Assembly: GCA_963775425.1 (NCBI GenBank)
Contig: CAVZJB010000016.1
Location: forward strand, 512,001 to 576,000
Reading direction: 5' to 3'
Length of the DNA: 64,000 bases
Source of the DNA: an uncultured delta proteobacterium
Lineage (GTDB): Bacteria; Myxococcota; UBA727; VGSZ01
Below the pieces are notes generated by a model, which did no database searches, had not been told where the DNA came from, and saw only the letters and a program-made list of their open reading frames with translations. The translations under genes were made by a program, and so were the position numbers. Shown here in pieces: positions 31,147 to 39,637 of this stretch. Position 1 is the stretch's first letter. Each line of letters opens with the position of its first letter.

Positions 31147-31944
31147 ATGCCACGGCTCGACGGGCGCGCGCGGATCGTCACGGGGATCGTCACGGGGCTC
31201 CTCGCCGCCGCCTCCGCAGCCTGCGCCACCCCCGCTGCCGGCGCCACCCCCGCGGCGCCGCCCGCGCGAGCTGCGCCGACCGTGGTGGGGCCGGGCCATG
31301 ACGCCGTCGCACGCGCGCTCCCGGCGGCGCTGCGGCGGCTCAGGGCGCACGGCTTCGACGTCGATGCGCTCGCGCGACACACCCGCGTCGAGGTCCACCC
31401 CACGCTCGAGGGCTTCATCGCCGTCACCGGACAGGACGTGCCCGAGCTGCGCGCGTGGACCACCTACGACGTCGTGCACCTCGCACCGCTCCAGGCGTGG
31501 CGCCACCACGACGACGCGCACGTCGTCACGCGCCTGACCCACGAGCTGTGCCACGCCGCGCTCTATCAAGCGTTCGGCTCCGCGGCGCGCGCCCGAGACG
31601 CGCGCATCCCGGTCGCGTTCGCCGAGGGCGCCTGCTCGGTGGTCGCCGGCCAGGGCGGCGAGCGCGCGCCGCTCGAGGTGGTGCTGCGGCACGCGCCCGC
31701 GAACGCCCTCGATCGCGCGTTCTTCTCGATCGACCCCGCCATCGCCTACGCCGCCGCGCACCACGCGATGGCCTGGGTGCAGGCGCGCGCGCCGTCGTCA
31801 CCGTCGCTGTTCGCCGACATCATCCGGCGCGCGGCGAAGGCCGGCGGGCCCGGCTGCGTCGCGCGCGCGTTCGCTGCGGCAACCGGCATCGATCTCGCCG
31901 GGCTCTGGCCGGTGTTCGTCGACAGCCTCGGCCGGCGCACCTGA
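31147..31944 (+). CDS. Lipoprotein with gluzincin-like (peptidase MA) motif
   Basis: Lipobox AAC; THELCH followed by FAEG. Confidence 0.65.
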   Translation: MPRLDGRARIVTGIVTGLLAAASAACATPAAGATPAAPPARAAPTVVGPGHDAVARALPAALRRLRAHGFDVDALARHTRVEVHPTLEGFIAVTGQDVPELRAWTTYDVVHLAPLQAWRHHDDAHVVTRLTHELCHAALYQAFGSAARARDARIPVAFAEGACSVVAGQGGERAPLEVVLRHAPANALDRAFFSIDPAIAYAAAHHAMAWVQARAPSSPSLFADIIRRAAKAGGPGCVARAFAAATGIDLAGLWPVFVDSLGRRT

Positions 31945-31959
31945 AGATGCCGCCATAGC

Positions 31960-32172
31960 GGCGCGCCGTCCCCCTCTCGCGGGCGCCGATGTCCGGGGCG
32001 GTGCCCGCGAACAGCGCGGGGTCGTCGTCAAGAGATCCAGGCCGATGTCCGGCTTGAGGTCGCGGTGCACCACGCCCGCGAGGCGGACCCCCGGGAGCAG
32101 CGGGGGCTCCTCCCCTGCGGCGCTCGGCGCACCGCCTGCGAGGACGTCCTGGGTTTCGGCGGGGCGCGTCAC
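31960..32172 (-). pseudogene. Ser/Thr kinase gene remnant
   Basis: LLPGVRLAG joined directly to VVHRDLKPD with no other kinase subdomains. Confidence 0.55.
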
Positions 32173-32268
32173 GGCCCAAGCATCGAGCGTGGTGAGAGCG
32201 CCGCAAGCGCGGCCCGTTCGAGGCACACGTGTCCGCGCGTCCGTGCGGCGCGCGCTATGGTGCACACC

Positions 32269-33444
32269 ATGCCCTCGCGATCCGCGTTCGTACACGCGGC
32301 CGACGTCGTCGAACGCGCGCTCGATGGAGCCGCTTGCGGCGCCGCCCGCGTCGACGCCCGCTTCGGCAGCGCCGAGGTCTCGTTCGCCGGGCTGTCGCCG
32401 GCGCAAGCGGTCCACGCCGAGGCCCGCTTCGGCGCGCTCCCCCCAGCGGCCGCGCCCGACCCGGCGGTCCGGGTGCGGGTGGTGCGCGCGGCGCGCGAGG
32501 GCTTCGTCGAGATAGACACCCGCGGCTGGGACAACACCATGGCGCTCGAGCACGCGCCCGACGTCGTCGTCGTCGTGGGCCGCGACTTCGTCGCCCGCGT
32601 GGCGCCCGACGCACACGAGGCCACCGTGGCCACCTGGCTCGACGACGAGCACGTCATCGCCGCCCTCGAAAACCCGCTGCGTGTGCTGTCCGCCTACCTG
32701 TGCCTCGCGCGCGGGGGCGCGCTCCTGCACTGCGCCGGCCTGGTCGACGGCGGGGCGGCGCGGGTGTGCTTCGGCCCCTCCGGGATCGGCAAGTCCACGG
32801 TGGCGGCGGACTGGCTCGCCCGGGGCCGGAGCCTCCTGAGCGACGAGCTGTGCGCGCTCGAGCCCGAGGGCACGGGCTACGTCGTGGAGCAGCTCCCCTT
32901 CGCCGGCGACGTCGCCGCCGCCGTCGTCCCCGGCGCCCGCGTGCCGCTCGCGGGGCTCTCGCGCCTCGACCAGGGCCCGGCCTCGCGCGTGGACCCCATG
33001 GGCAACGCCGCCGCCGTCGGCGCCCTCCTCGCGTGCGCGCCGTTCGTCAACGTCGATCCGTTCCGCCGCGACGCGCTCTTCTCCTCGCTCGAGCGCCTCG
33101 CGCGCGCGCACCCGGTGTCGCGCCTCACCCTGCGCCTCGGCGACGATCCGCGCGTCGTCCTCGCGGGGATCGAGGTCGCTTCGCGCTTCGCGCTCGCCCA
33201 CGGCGTCCGCTACCGCGTCGTCGACGGAGAGGCGCTCATCGTGTTGCAGACGTCGGGCGAGGCCGTGGGGCTGAACGGCACCGGCTCGCGGGCCTTCGAC
33301 CTCGCCGCGCGCGGCGCCTCGTTCGCGGCCATCGTCGACGCGCTCGACGGCGAGCTCGACGTCGAGCGCAGGACGCTCGAGAGCGATCTGCGCAGCTTCT
33401 TCGGCGAGCTCGTCGGCGGCGGCCTGCTCGAGGTGCGCGCGTGA
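32269..33444 (+). CDS. HPr-kinase-like P-loop protein fused to a C-terminal PqqD/RRE domain
   Basis: LLHCAG, Walker A GPSGIGKST, LSDE; last ~90 aa GVRYRVVDGEALIV..LNGTGSRAFDL..LESDLRSFFGELVGGGLL. Alternative ATG at 32257. Confidence 0.85.
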   Translation: MPSRSAFVHAADVVERALDGAACGAARVDARFGSAEVSFAGLSPAQAVHAEARFGALPPAAAPDPAVRVRVVRAAREGFVEIDTRGWDNTMALEHAPDVVVVVGRDFVARVAPDAHEATVATWLDDEHVIAALENPLRVLSAYLCLARGGALLHCAGLVDGGAARVCFGPSGIGKSTVAADWLARGRSLLSDELCALEPEGTGYVVEQLPFAGDVAAAVVPGARVPLAGLSRLDQGPASRVDPMGNAAAVGALLACAPFVNVDPFRRDALFSSLERLARAHPVSRLTLRLGDDPRVVLAGIEVASRFALAHGVRYRVVDGEALIVLQTSGEAVGLNGTGSRAFDLAARGASFAAIVDALDGELDVERRTLESDLRSFFGELVGGGLLEVRA

Positions 33445-34466
33445 GCTACGCCGACGTCATCGAAAACGCCTGGAACAAGAACGTGCTGCTCGTCGTGCTC
33501 TTCGAGCTCACCTACGACTGCAACTACGACTGCGTCTTTTGCTACAACGATCGGTCCCTCGCGGGGCGCAAGCTCGAGCTCGACGAGTACCTGCGCGTGC
33601 TCGACGAGCTCGCCGCCCTGGGCGTGTTGAACGTGGTGCTGTCGGGCGGCGAGCCCATGGTGCACCCCCACTTCTTCGACATCGGGGCCGCCGCCAAAGA
33701 GCGCGGCTTCGTGGTGCGTGTGAAGACCAACGGGCACCTGCTCCGCGGGGAGGCGCTCGAGCGGATGATGACCGACGTGGAGCCCCTCGCCGTGGAGGTG
33801 AGCCTGCACGGGGCCACCGCCGCCACGCACGAGAGGCAGACCAGGGTGCCCGGCAGCTTCGAGCGGCTCGTCGACAACCTGCGCGAGGCGCGCGACGCCG
33901 GGCTCCGCGTGCGCATCAACAGCACGCTCACCCGCTTCAACGAGGGCGAGCTCGACGCCATGTTCGCGCTCGCCGCCGCCCTCGGCTTCCCGCTCACGGT
34001 GGACCCGGACGTGACGCCGCGCGACGACGGCGATCGCTCACCGCTCGCCCTCGCCGCCAGCGACGACGCCCTGCGCGCGCTCGCCGGCCGGGGGCTCGTG
34101 CCCGGCGTGCACCACGAGGCGTGCGACACGCGCACCGACAAGCACTGCGGCGCCGGGTCATCGGCGCTGTGCATCGACCCGGTGGGCAACGTCTACCCCT
34201 GCGTGCAGTGGCGGCGCGCGGCGGGCAACGTGCGCGATGGCGCGCTGTCCGCCCTGTGGCGAAGCTCGCCCGTCCTCGCCGAGGTGCGCGCGCTCACCGT
34301 CGACGTCAAACGCATGGTGCAGTCCCACGACGCCGGCGCGTTCATGGGCTTTTGCCCCGGAACGGCCGAGAGCCTCGGCGGCGACCCGCTCGCTCCGTAC
34401 CTCAACGCCCGGCGTCGCAGTGACGCCGCGCTCGTGGTGCGCGGCAAGCTCCGCGTGCTCGACTGA
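33441..34466 (+). CDS. Radical SAM peptide-maturase-like enzyme (PqqE-like) with Twitch/reduced SPASM domain
   Basis: CNYDCVFC (CxxxCxxC), SGGEP, TNG, CGAG...GNVYPC; GTGA-coupled to the RRE fusion. Confidence 0.92.
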   Translation: MSYADVIENAWNKNVLLVVLFELTYDCNYDCVFCYNDRSLAGRKLELDEYLRVLDELAALGVLNVVLSGGEPMVHPHFFDIGAAAKERGFVVRVKTNGHLLRGEALERMMTDVEPLAVEVSLHGATAATHERQTRVPGSFERLVDNLREARDAGLRVRINSTLTRFNEGELDAMFALAAALGFPLTVDPDVTPRDDGDRSPLALAASDDALRALAGRGLVPGVHHEACDTRTDKHCGAGSSALCIDPVGNVYPCVQWRRAAGNVRDGALSALWRSSPVLAEVRALTVDVKRMVQSHDAGAFMGFCPGTAESLGGDPLAPYLNARRRSDAALVVRGKLRVLD

Positions 34467-34474
34467 CGACGCGC

Positions 34475-34663
34475 TCAGCTCGAGATAGGTCCGCTCGGAC
34501 ACTGGCCGGGGTTGCCCTTGGCGGGAGGCGCCGGCGCGCACACCGCGGCGATGGCCTCGATGCGCTCGCGAAAGACCACGCGCGGCGCCGCGTACGGCTT
34601 CTTCTCGGGGTTGCCGCGGTTGTCCGGCGCTGTGTCCGGCGCGACCTGGGTGGGGGCCTTCAA
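34475..34663 (-). CDS. Putative RiPP precursor peptide (62 aa)
   Basis: TTG start overlaps the C25 gene stop (TTGA). Sequence MKAPTQVAPDTAPDNRGNPEKKPYAAPRVVFRERIEAIAAVCAPAPPAKGNPGQCPSGPISS, with a KKPYxxPxV leader motif. Confidence 0.75.
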   Translation of the reverse strand: MKAPTQVAPDTAPDNRGNPEKKPYAAPRVVFRERIEAIAAVCAPAPPAKGNPGQCPSGPISS

Positions 34664-37600
34664 CGCCGCCTCCGGCGCAGCAGCAGCGCGAGCCCGAGCG
34701 CGAGCGCCGCGAGGAGCGGTGCGCCGCCGCTCTGCGCGCAAGACGCCGAGTCCCCCGTGGAGGCGAGCGGCACGGTGGGGTCACCGAGCAGCTCTTCGGT
34801 GCCGAGGAGCCTCGCGTCGCCGCCGCCGTCGACGTACCCGCGCCCGGCGTCGACGAGGACGGCGCCCACCGTCCCGCCCTGCGAGAGCCGCGCGAAGAGC
34901 TGCGCCGCGAAATTGCCGGCGAGCGCGTCGCTGGTCTTCGTCGTGGGCGCGAGCGCGACGACGGCGCCGCCGGAGCGGATGAGGTCTTCACCGAGCCCCG
35001 GGAACGGAGCCAGCTCGAAGCGGTTGATGAGGCAGGTGAGCGCGAGCAGCGCCCACGGGCCGCGCGCCGCGAGCGCGTCCTCGTCGCGCGCCATCAGGAT
35101 GCCGTCGTTGCCGATGCGGTCCATGCCGCCGTGGCCGACGAAGGTCAGGAGGGACGAAGGCGCGAGGGCGTCGAGCACCGCGGCGCGCGTCTGATCCAAC
35201 GACGCGCCACCGGCCGACACCAGCGACGACGAGACCGTCACCTGCTGCCGCAAGCTCGCCGCCTCGGCCGCGAACGCGGCGCCGTCGCGCGGGCCGTCGG
35301 CGAGGAACGTGGCCGACGCTGGCCCGGCGAAGGCGCGCGCGCGCGCGAGGTAACCCTCGACGTCGGCCGCGCTGTGCGCCGGGATGCGGCCGACGGCGAC
35401 GTCGGGGACCCCGTCGCCGTCGACGTCGCCGGCCAGGGAGTCGGCGGCGGCCAGCCCGGCGCCGCCGGTCTGCTGGAGCAGCGGCGGGATGAAGTCCTCG
35501 TGCCGCCCTTGCACGTCGCGATAGTCGACGTCGCCGTCGCCGACGAAGACGGCGTAGCGCGGCGCGGGGCTCCAGCGCGCGACCGCAGCGGCGAGGAACC
35601 GGCGCAGCGCGCGGGGATCGGGGTCGCCGGCCGCGTACCGATCAAAGACGTCCTGCACGTCCACCACGCGGCTCACGAGCCCGCGCTCCGCGTGCCACGC
35701 GGCGAGGTCCGCCGCGGCGTCCAGGAACGCGTGGGGCGCGATGACGACGACGTCGGCGCCGCCGGCGGCGAGCGGGAGCGCGGGCCCCGCCGCGGGCACC
35801 ACGAGCGCGGGGCGCGCGCGCCCGTCCGCGAGCGCGAACACGCCGGCCGCCGGCAAGCGCGCGCGCAGCGCACCGTCGACGACGCGCGCGCCGGCGAGCC
35901 GCAGGAGCCGCCCGCCGTCGACGCGGTACAGCCACGACGACGCCGGCGCCCCGGCCAGCGCGACGACGTCCCCCGCCCCGCCCGCGAACACGCGCGGCGC
36001 CGCCGTGAGGGTGCGCTCGTAGTCGACGCGGACTGCGTCCAGGAACAGGGCGTTCATCGACACGCCGGGGTCGAGCACGGCGTCGACGGCGACGTGGACG
36101 TGGCCGCCGGCGACCGCGTCGGCGGGGAGGTCCAGCGAGCGCTCCACGCGGGCCACGCCGGAGAAGAACACGTCGCCGGCCGCGACGCCGTCGACGGTGA
36201 CGCGGACGTGGTGGTCGTCGGGCCTGCCCGCGTCGGTGGCGCCTTGCAGGGCGAGCGTGAGCCGCGGGGCGGCGCCGGCCTCGACGGCGCCGGGCGCGTC
36301 GACGTCGGTCTCGTAGTGGTCGTAGCCCGCGTAGCCCGCCGCGAGCGACGCGGCGAACCAGACGTCGGCGTTCGGGTCGAGGTCGACGCTGGTGCCGGGG
36401 AAGACGTCGTCGGCGCGCACCGCCGTGGCGCGGGCGCTGCGGCGTGTCACCGGCGCGACGCCTGGATCGGCGTCGACGACGCCCGCGCGCGCGCCGGCGG
36501 CCTCGGAGAGGAAGTACGTGCGCGCCGCGGCGAACGGGCTCGTCGAGCCCCGGCCCATGAAGACGAGCGCGCCGTCGCGGACGTCGACGGGGACGGCGAG
36601 CCCGTCGCTTTCGACCGCGATGTGCCCGTGGTCCGCGTCGTCGACGATGCGCTGCAGGGGGCGCTGAAGCAGCAGCGCGATCTGCGCGAGCGGAACGCCG
36701 ACGACGCCGTCGTCCTTCACGAGCACGCGCAGCCGCGCGGGCGGGCGAGCGCGCAACGGCGCCCCCGCGGACGGCAGCGCGGCGGGCGCGGCCATCATCG
36801 CGAGCTGCGGTGCGCCCGAGACACCGCTCCATTGCGGCGCGCCCCCGGCGAGGCTCGGCCCCCGCGGCAAGACCGCGCGCACGTCGACGACGTCGTAGGG
36901 GCCGTGCGCGGTGGCGTTGCCGCGCACGTCGTGCTCGGTGATGACGTAGGCCACCGCGCCGAACGCGGCCGCGTCGTCGTCGTGCACGGCGTAGGCGTGG
37001 CCCTCCGCGTGCATCGGGCTCGGCACCAGATCGCCGACGGGGGCGCGCTCGCCGTCTGCGCCGACGCGCTCGACGGAGAACCCGAGCGTGCCGGCCTCGC
37101 CGGCGGTGCGCCACGACACGTCGACGCCGCCGGGCGAGCGCTCCACGGCGACGTCGACGACGGACGCGTAGGTCTCCAGGCCCGCGGTGACCGCCAGCTC
37201 GCACAGCGGACCGAAGGTGAACGTGGCGCGCCCCTGCGTGCTGTTGCCGGTCTCGTCGACGTATTGCGCGGTCGTGCCCGCGGCCGTGGCGCCCGTGACG
37301 ACGATGCGCTCGCCCGCGGACGCCGGCGTGACGTCGACGTCGTAGGCGATGAGCGCCGTGGCCCCCGCTATGACGACGCCGGGGTTCCAGACCACGTCGC
37401 CCGCGACGCCCACGGCGGGGGACGTGGCCGTGCCCTGCGTGGCCGCGAGCGCACCGGCGAAGGACACGCCCGCCGGCACCGTCGACGTCACGGTGTGCGT
37501 GGCGGAGAACGTGATCGGCAGCGACGTCGGGTTCCGCACGCGCACCGTGACCGTGAGCGTCGACGTGCTCCCGGGCGCGGGCGGGTTCGGCCCGCCCTTG

Positions 37601-38637
37601 GCGCGTACGAATTGCTCGACGATGGGCTTCGCCGGCGCGGCGCCGCTGTCGCTCGGCAGGTAGAGGCGGAACGCGCCGGGCTCCGGTTGGTTGCGCGGGC
37701 TCGGCGGGTTGCCGCTGCCGGCCACCGCAGCGAATTGGCCTGCCACGGAGTAGGTAATGACGTTGGCGGCGGCGCCGCCGGCCTTGCGGACGTCGGCGGC
37801 GGCGGTCCACACGCCGTAGTTCTGCGCGGTGTTGTCGCTGGTGAACGGCGCCGACGCGTTGCTCCGCCAGACACCGTTGCCCGACACGTTCGTGAACGCC
37901 TGCGAGAAGCTCACGTTGCCGGTCAGCGTGTAGCTCGTGCCGGCCGCGCCGTCGGCGTCGAAGTCGTTGGAGGCGGCGGTGCAGCCGGAGGTCACCCAGG
38001 GGTGGAACGTGTTCACCTGCTGCGACGCGGTGGTAGGCCCGAGGCCGAGATAGCTGTCCGCGTACACCGGGATCTCGACGCCGCCTGCGCCGGGATCGCC
38101 GTCGTGGGCGCGGACGCCGTAGCCGGCGGTCTCGTCGCCGTTGTTGTTGGGATCGATGCGGAGCTCCCAGTGGCCCGCCGCGGGGTTTTGGACCGTCCCG
38201 AACAGCGCCGACCACGCGTTATCGACGCAGACCGCGGGCGTGTTGGCGTTGCTGCACACGACGGTGCCCCCCACCTGGGCCCCGCTCGGCGCAAACAGCG
38301 AGTAGGCCACCGACGTGTTGAACCGGCGGCCGGTGAGCAGATCGCGCGTGCCCTCCCCGTTGCCGCCGCGGCCGACGTCCGCGTCGAAGACCTCCACGAC
38401 GAGCTGCGAGAGGCCGGGCGGCACCTCGATGAAGAAGCGGTAGCTGTCGTTCAACGCCGGGGCCTGCGCGGTGCCGACCCAGTCGCCGCTCACGACCTGC
38501 TCGCCCGCGCCGTTCAGCCGCAACAGCGCGGTGGTGCTCGTGGGGTTGCTCGACGCAGCGGACGCCGCCGCGCACCACAGCGCCGCCACGGCGGGCGCGG
38601 CGCGGCACAGGGGGATCGGGAGCACAACGGAGCGCAC
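34660..38637 (-). CDS. Large secreted C25 (gingipain-like) cysteine peptidase with MYXO-CTERM-like anchor
   Basis: Signal peptide, beta-rich N-terminal domains, WRTAGEAGTLGF motif, VFVGDG, AVGRIPA, FVGHGG (His), LTC (Cys), LLGDP, tail SCAQSGGAPLLAALALGLALLLRRRRR. Confidence 0.88.
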   Translation of the reverse strand: MRSVVLPIPLCRAAPAVAALWCAAASAASSNPTSTTALLRLNGAGEQVVSGDWVGTAQAPALNDSYRFFIEVPPGLSQLVVEVFDADVGRGGNGEGTRDLLTGRRFNTSVAYSLFAPSGAQVGGTVVCSNANTPAVCVDNAWSALFGTVQNPAAGHWELRIDPNNNGDETAGYGVRAHDGDPGAGGVEIPVYADSYLGLGPTTASQQVNTFHPWVTSGCTAASNDFDADGAAGTSYTLTGNVSFSQAFTNVSGNGVWRSNASAPFTSDNTAQNYGVWTAAADVRKAGGAAANVITYSVAGQFAAVAGSGNPPSPRNQPEPGAFRLYLPSDSGAAPAKPIVEQFVRAKGGPNPPAPGSTSTLTVTVRVRNPTSLPITFSATHTVTSTVPAGVSFAGALAATQGTATSPAVGVAGDVVWNPGVVIAGATALIAYDVDVTPASAGERIVVTGATAAGTTAQYVDETGNSTQGRATFTFGPLCELAVTAGLETYASVVDVAVERSPGGVDVSWRTAGEAGTLGFSVERVGADGERAPVGDLVPSPMHAEGHAYAVHDDDAAAFGAVAYVITEHDVRGNATAHGPYDVVDVRAVLPRGPSLAGGAPQWSGVSGAPQLAMMAAPAALPSAGAPLRARPPARLRVLVKDDGVVGVPLAQIALLLQRPLQRIVDDADHGHIAVESDGLAVPVDVRDGALVFMGRGSTSPFAAARTYFLSEAAGARAGVVDADPGVAPVTRRSARATAVRADDVFPGTSVDLDPNADVWFAASLAAGYAGYDHYETDVDAPGAVEAGAAPRLTLALQGATDAGRPDDHHVRVTVDGVAAGDVFFSGVARVERSLDLPADAVAGGHVHVAVDAVLDPGVSMNALFLDAVRVDYERTLTAAPRVFAGGAGDVVALAGAPASSWLYRVDGGRLLRLAGARVVDGALRARLPAAGVFALADGRARPALVVPAAGPALPLAAGGADVVVIAPHAFLDAAADLAAWHAERGLVSRVVDVQDVFDRYAAGDPDPRALRRFLAAAVARWSPAPRYAVFVGDGDVDYRDVQGRHEDFIPPLLQQTGGAGLAAADSLAGDVDGDGVPDVAVGRIPAHSAADVEGYLARARAFAGPASATFLADGPRDGAAFAAEAASLRQQVTVSSSLVSAGGASLDQTRAAVLDALAPSSLLTFVGHGGMDRIGNDGILMARDEDALAARGPWALLALTCLINRFELAPFPGLGEDLIRSGGAVVALAPTTKTSDALAGNFAAQLFARLSQGGTVGAVLVDAGRGYVDGGGDARLLGTEELLGDPTVPLASTGDSASCAQSGGAPLLAALALGLALLLRRRRR

Positions 38638-38794
38638 GGTCGGGATGTTAGTGCGGGCGTCCAGCCCCGCCCATGAAGAAGCCCGGGGTGCCTCGCTCGG
38701 CGACGAAGAGGGGCCCGATGCATCCTGCGCCGGGGCGTTTCGGGGGCGGAGGGACGGCCTCGATTCCGCGCGCGCGGTGCTCTAGCGTGACCGC

Positions 38795-39637
38795 GTGAAG
38801 CTCCCCTTCGGCGCCGGCCGCGTGCTCGGGTCGCTCGCCGTCATGTCGCTCCTGCTCGCCGCCCTCGCGCGGCCACCGCTGCCCGGCGTCGCCCGCGTCG
38901 TCGTGGTGCTCGTCGTCGCGGCGCTCGCGGCGCTGTCGGCGCGCTCGAGCCTGCTGCTCATCGCCGCCCGCCGCGGGCTGCTCGTCGTCCAGGAGGGCGC
39001 GCCCCGTCACCGGCTCCTGCTCGTGAGCGTCCCCGCCGCCGCCGCGGGCGCGGTGCTCGGGGCGCCGCTGCTGGTGTTGCCGGCGGTGCACGCGCGCTTC
39101 GAGGTCCTCGTCGCCGGCCTCCTCGGCGCCCTCGCCGGCGCGGGCCTCGCCCTCGCCGACGACAGGCCCAAGGGCCCCCGGCCCACCACGCGCTTTTCGT
39201 GGCTGGTCCTCGACACGGCGCTGCCCGCGGGGATCGTCGCCGCGTCTGTGGGCGTCTGCGTCGCGTTCCTGCGGCTGCGCAACCTCGACGTCGTCACGCC
39301 CGGCGAGCTCGCCCGCCACCTCGGCATGACCACGTTCGCGTACGCGCTCCTCCTCGGCTTGGCGGGCTTCTTCAAGGCCTACGGCGAGCAGTCCGCCGGC
39401 CTCGTCGTCGTCGAAAAGACGGCCGCGTCCCTCCCCGGCCCCGTGCTCGCGGGCGCCGCCCTCGGCGTCACCCTCTTGTTCGCCGTGCCGCACCTCGCGC
39501 CGGCGCTCCCGCTGCGCGACGCGCTGATCCTCAAGGCGGCCGTCGGCCTCGTCGTCGGCGGCGGCCTCTCGTTGCTCGGCGCCCTTCAGGGAGCGCGGGC
39601 AGCGTCGCTCGGTCTCAAGCGGCGCAAGGCTAGCTGA
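38795..39637 (+). CDS. Hypothetical multi-pass membrane protein
   Basis: About 8 hydrophobic segments. Confidence 0.6.
   Translation: MKLPFGAGRVLGSLAVMSLLLAALARPPLPGVARVVVVLVVAALAALSARSSLLLIAARRGLLVVQEGAPRHRLLLVSVPAAAAGAVLGAPLLVLPAVHARFEVLVAGLLGALAGAGLALADDRPKGPRPTTRFSWLVLDTALPAGIVAASVGVCVAFLRLRNLDVVTPGELARHLGMTTFAYALLLGLAGFFKAYGEQSAGLVVVEKTAASLPGPVLAGAALGVTLLFAVPHLAPALPLRDALILKAAVGLVVGGGLSLLGALQGARAASLGLKRRKAS

Noticed and set aside
32269-34663. Lasso peptide or PQQ biosynthesis cluster
   Set aside because: No Asn-synthetase-like cyclase, B2 protease or PqqB/PqqC; the peptide lacks the PqqA ExxxY core and a ring-forming Asp/Glu after the likely core start.
38795-39637. Exporter or immunity protein of the peptide cassette
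   Set aside because: Only adjacency supports it; no transporter motifs were recognised.
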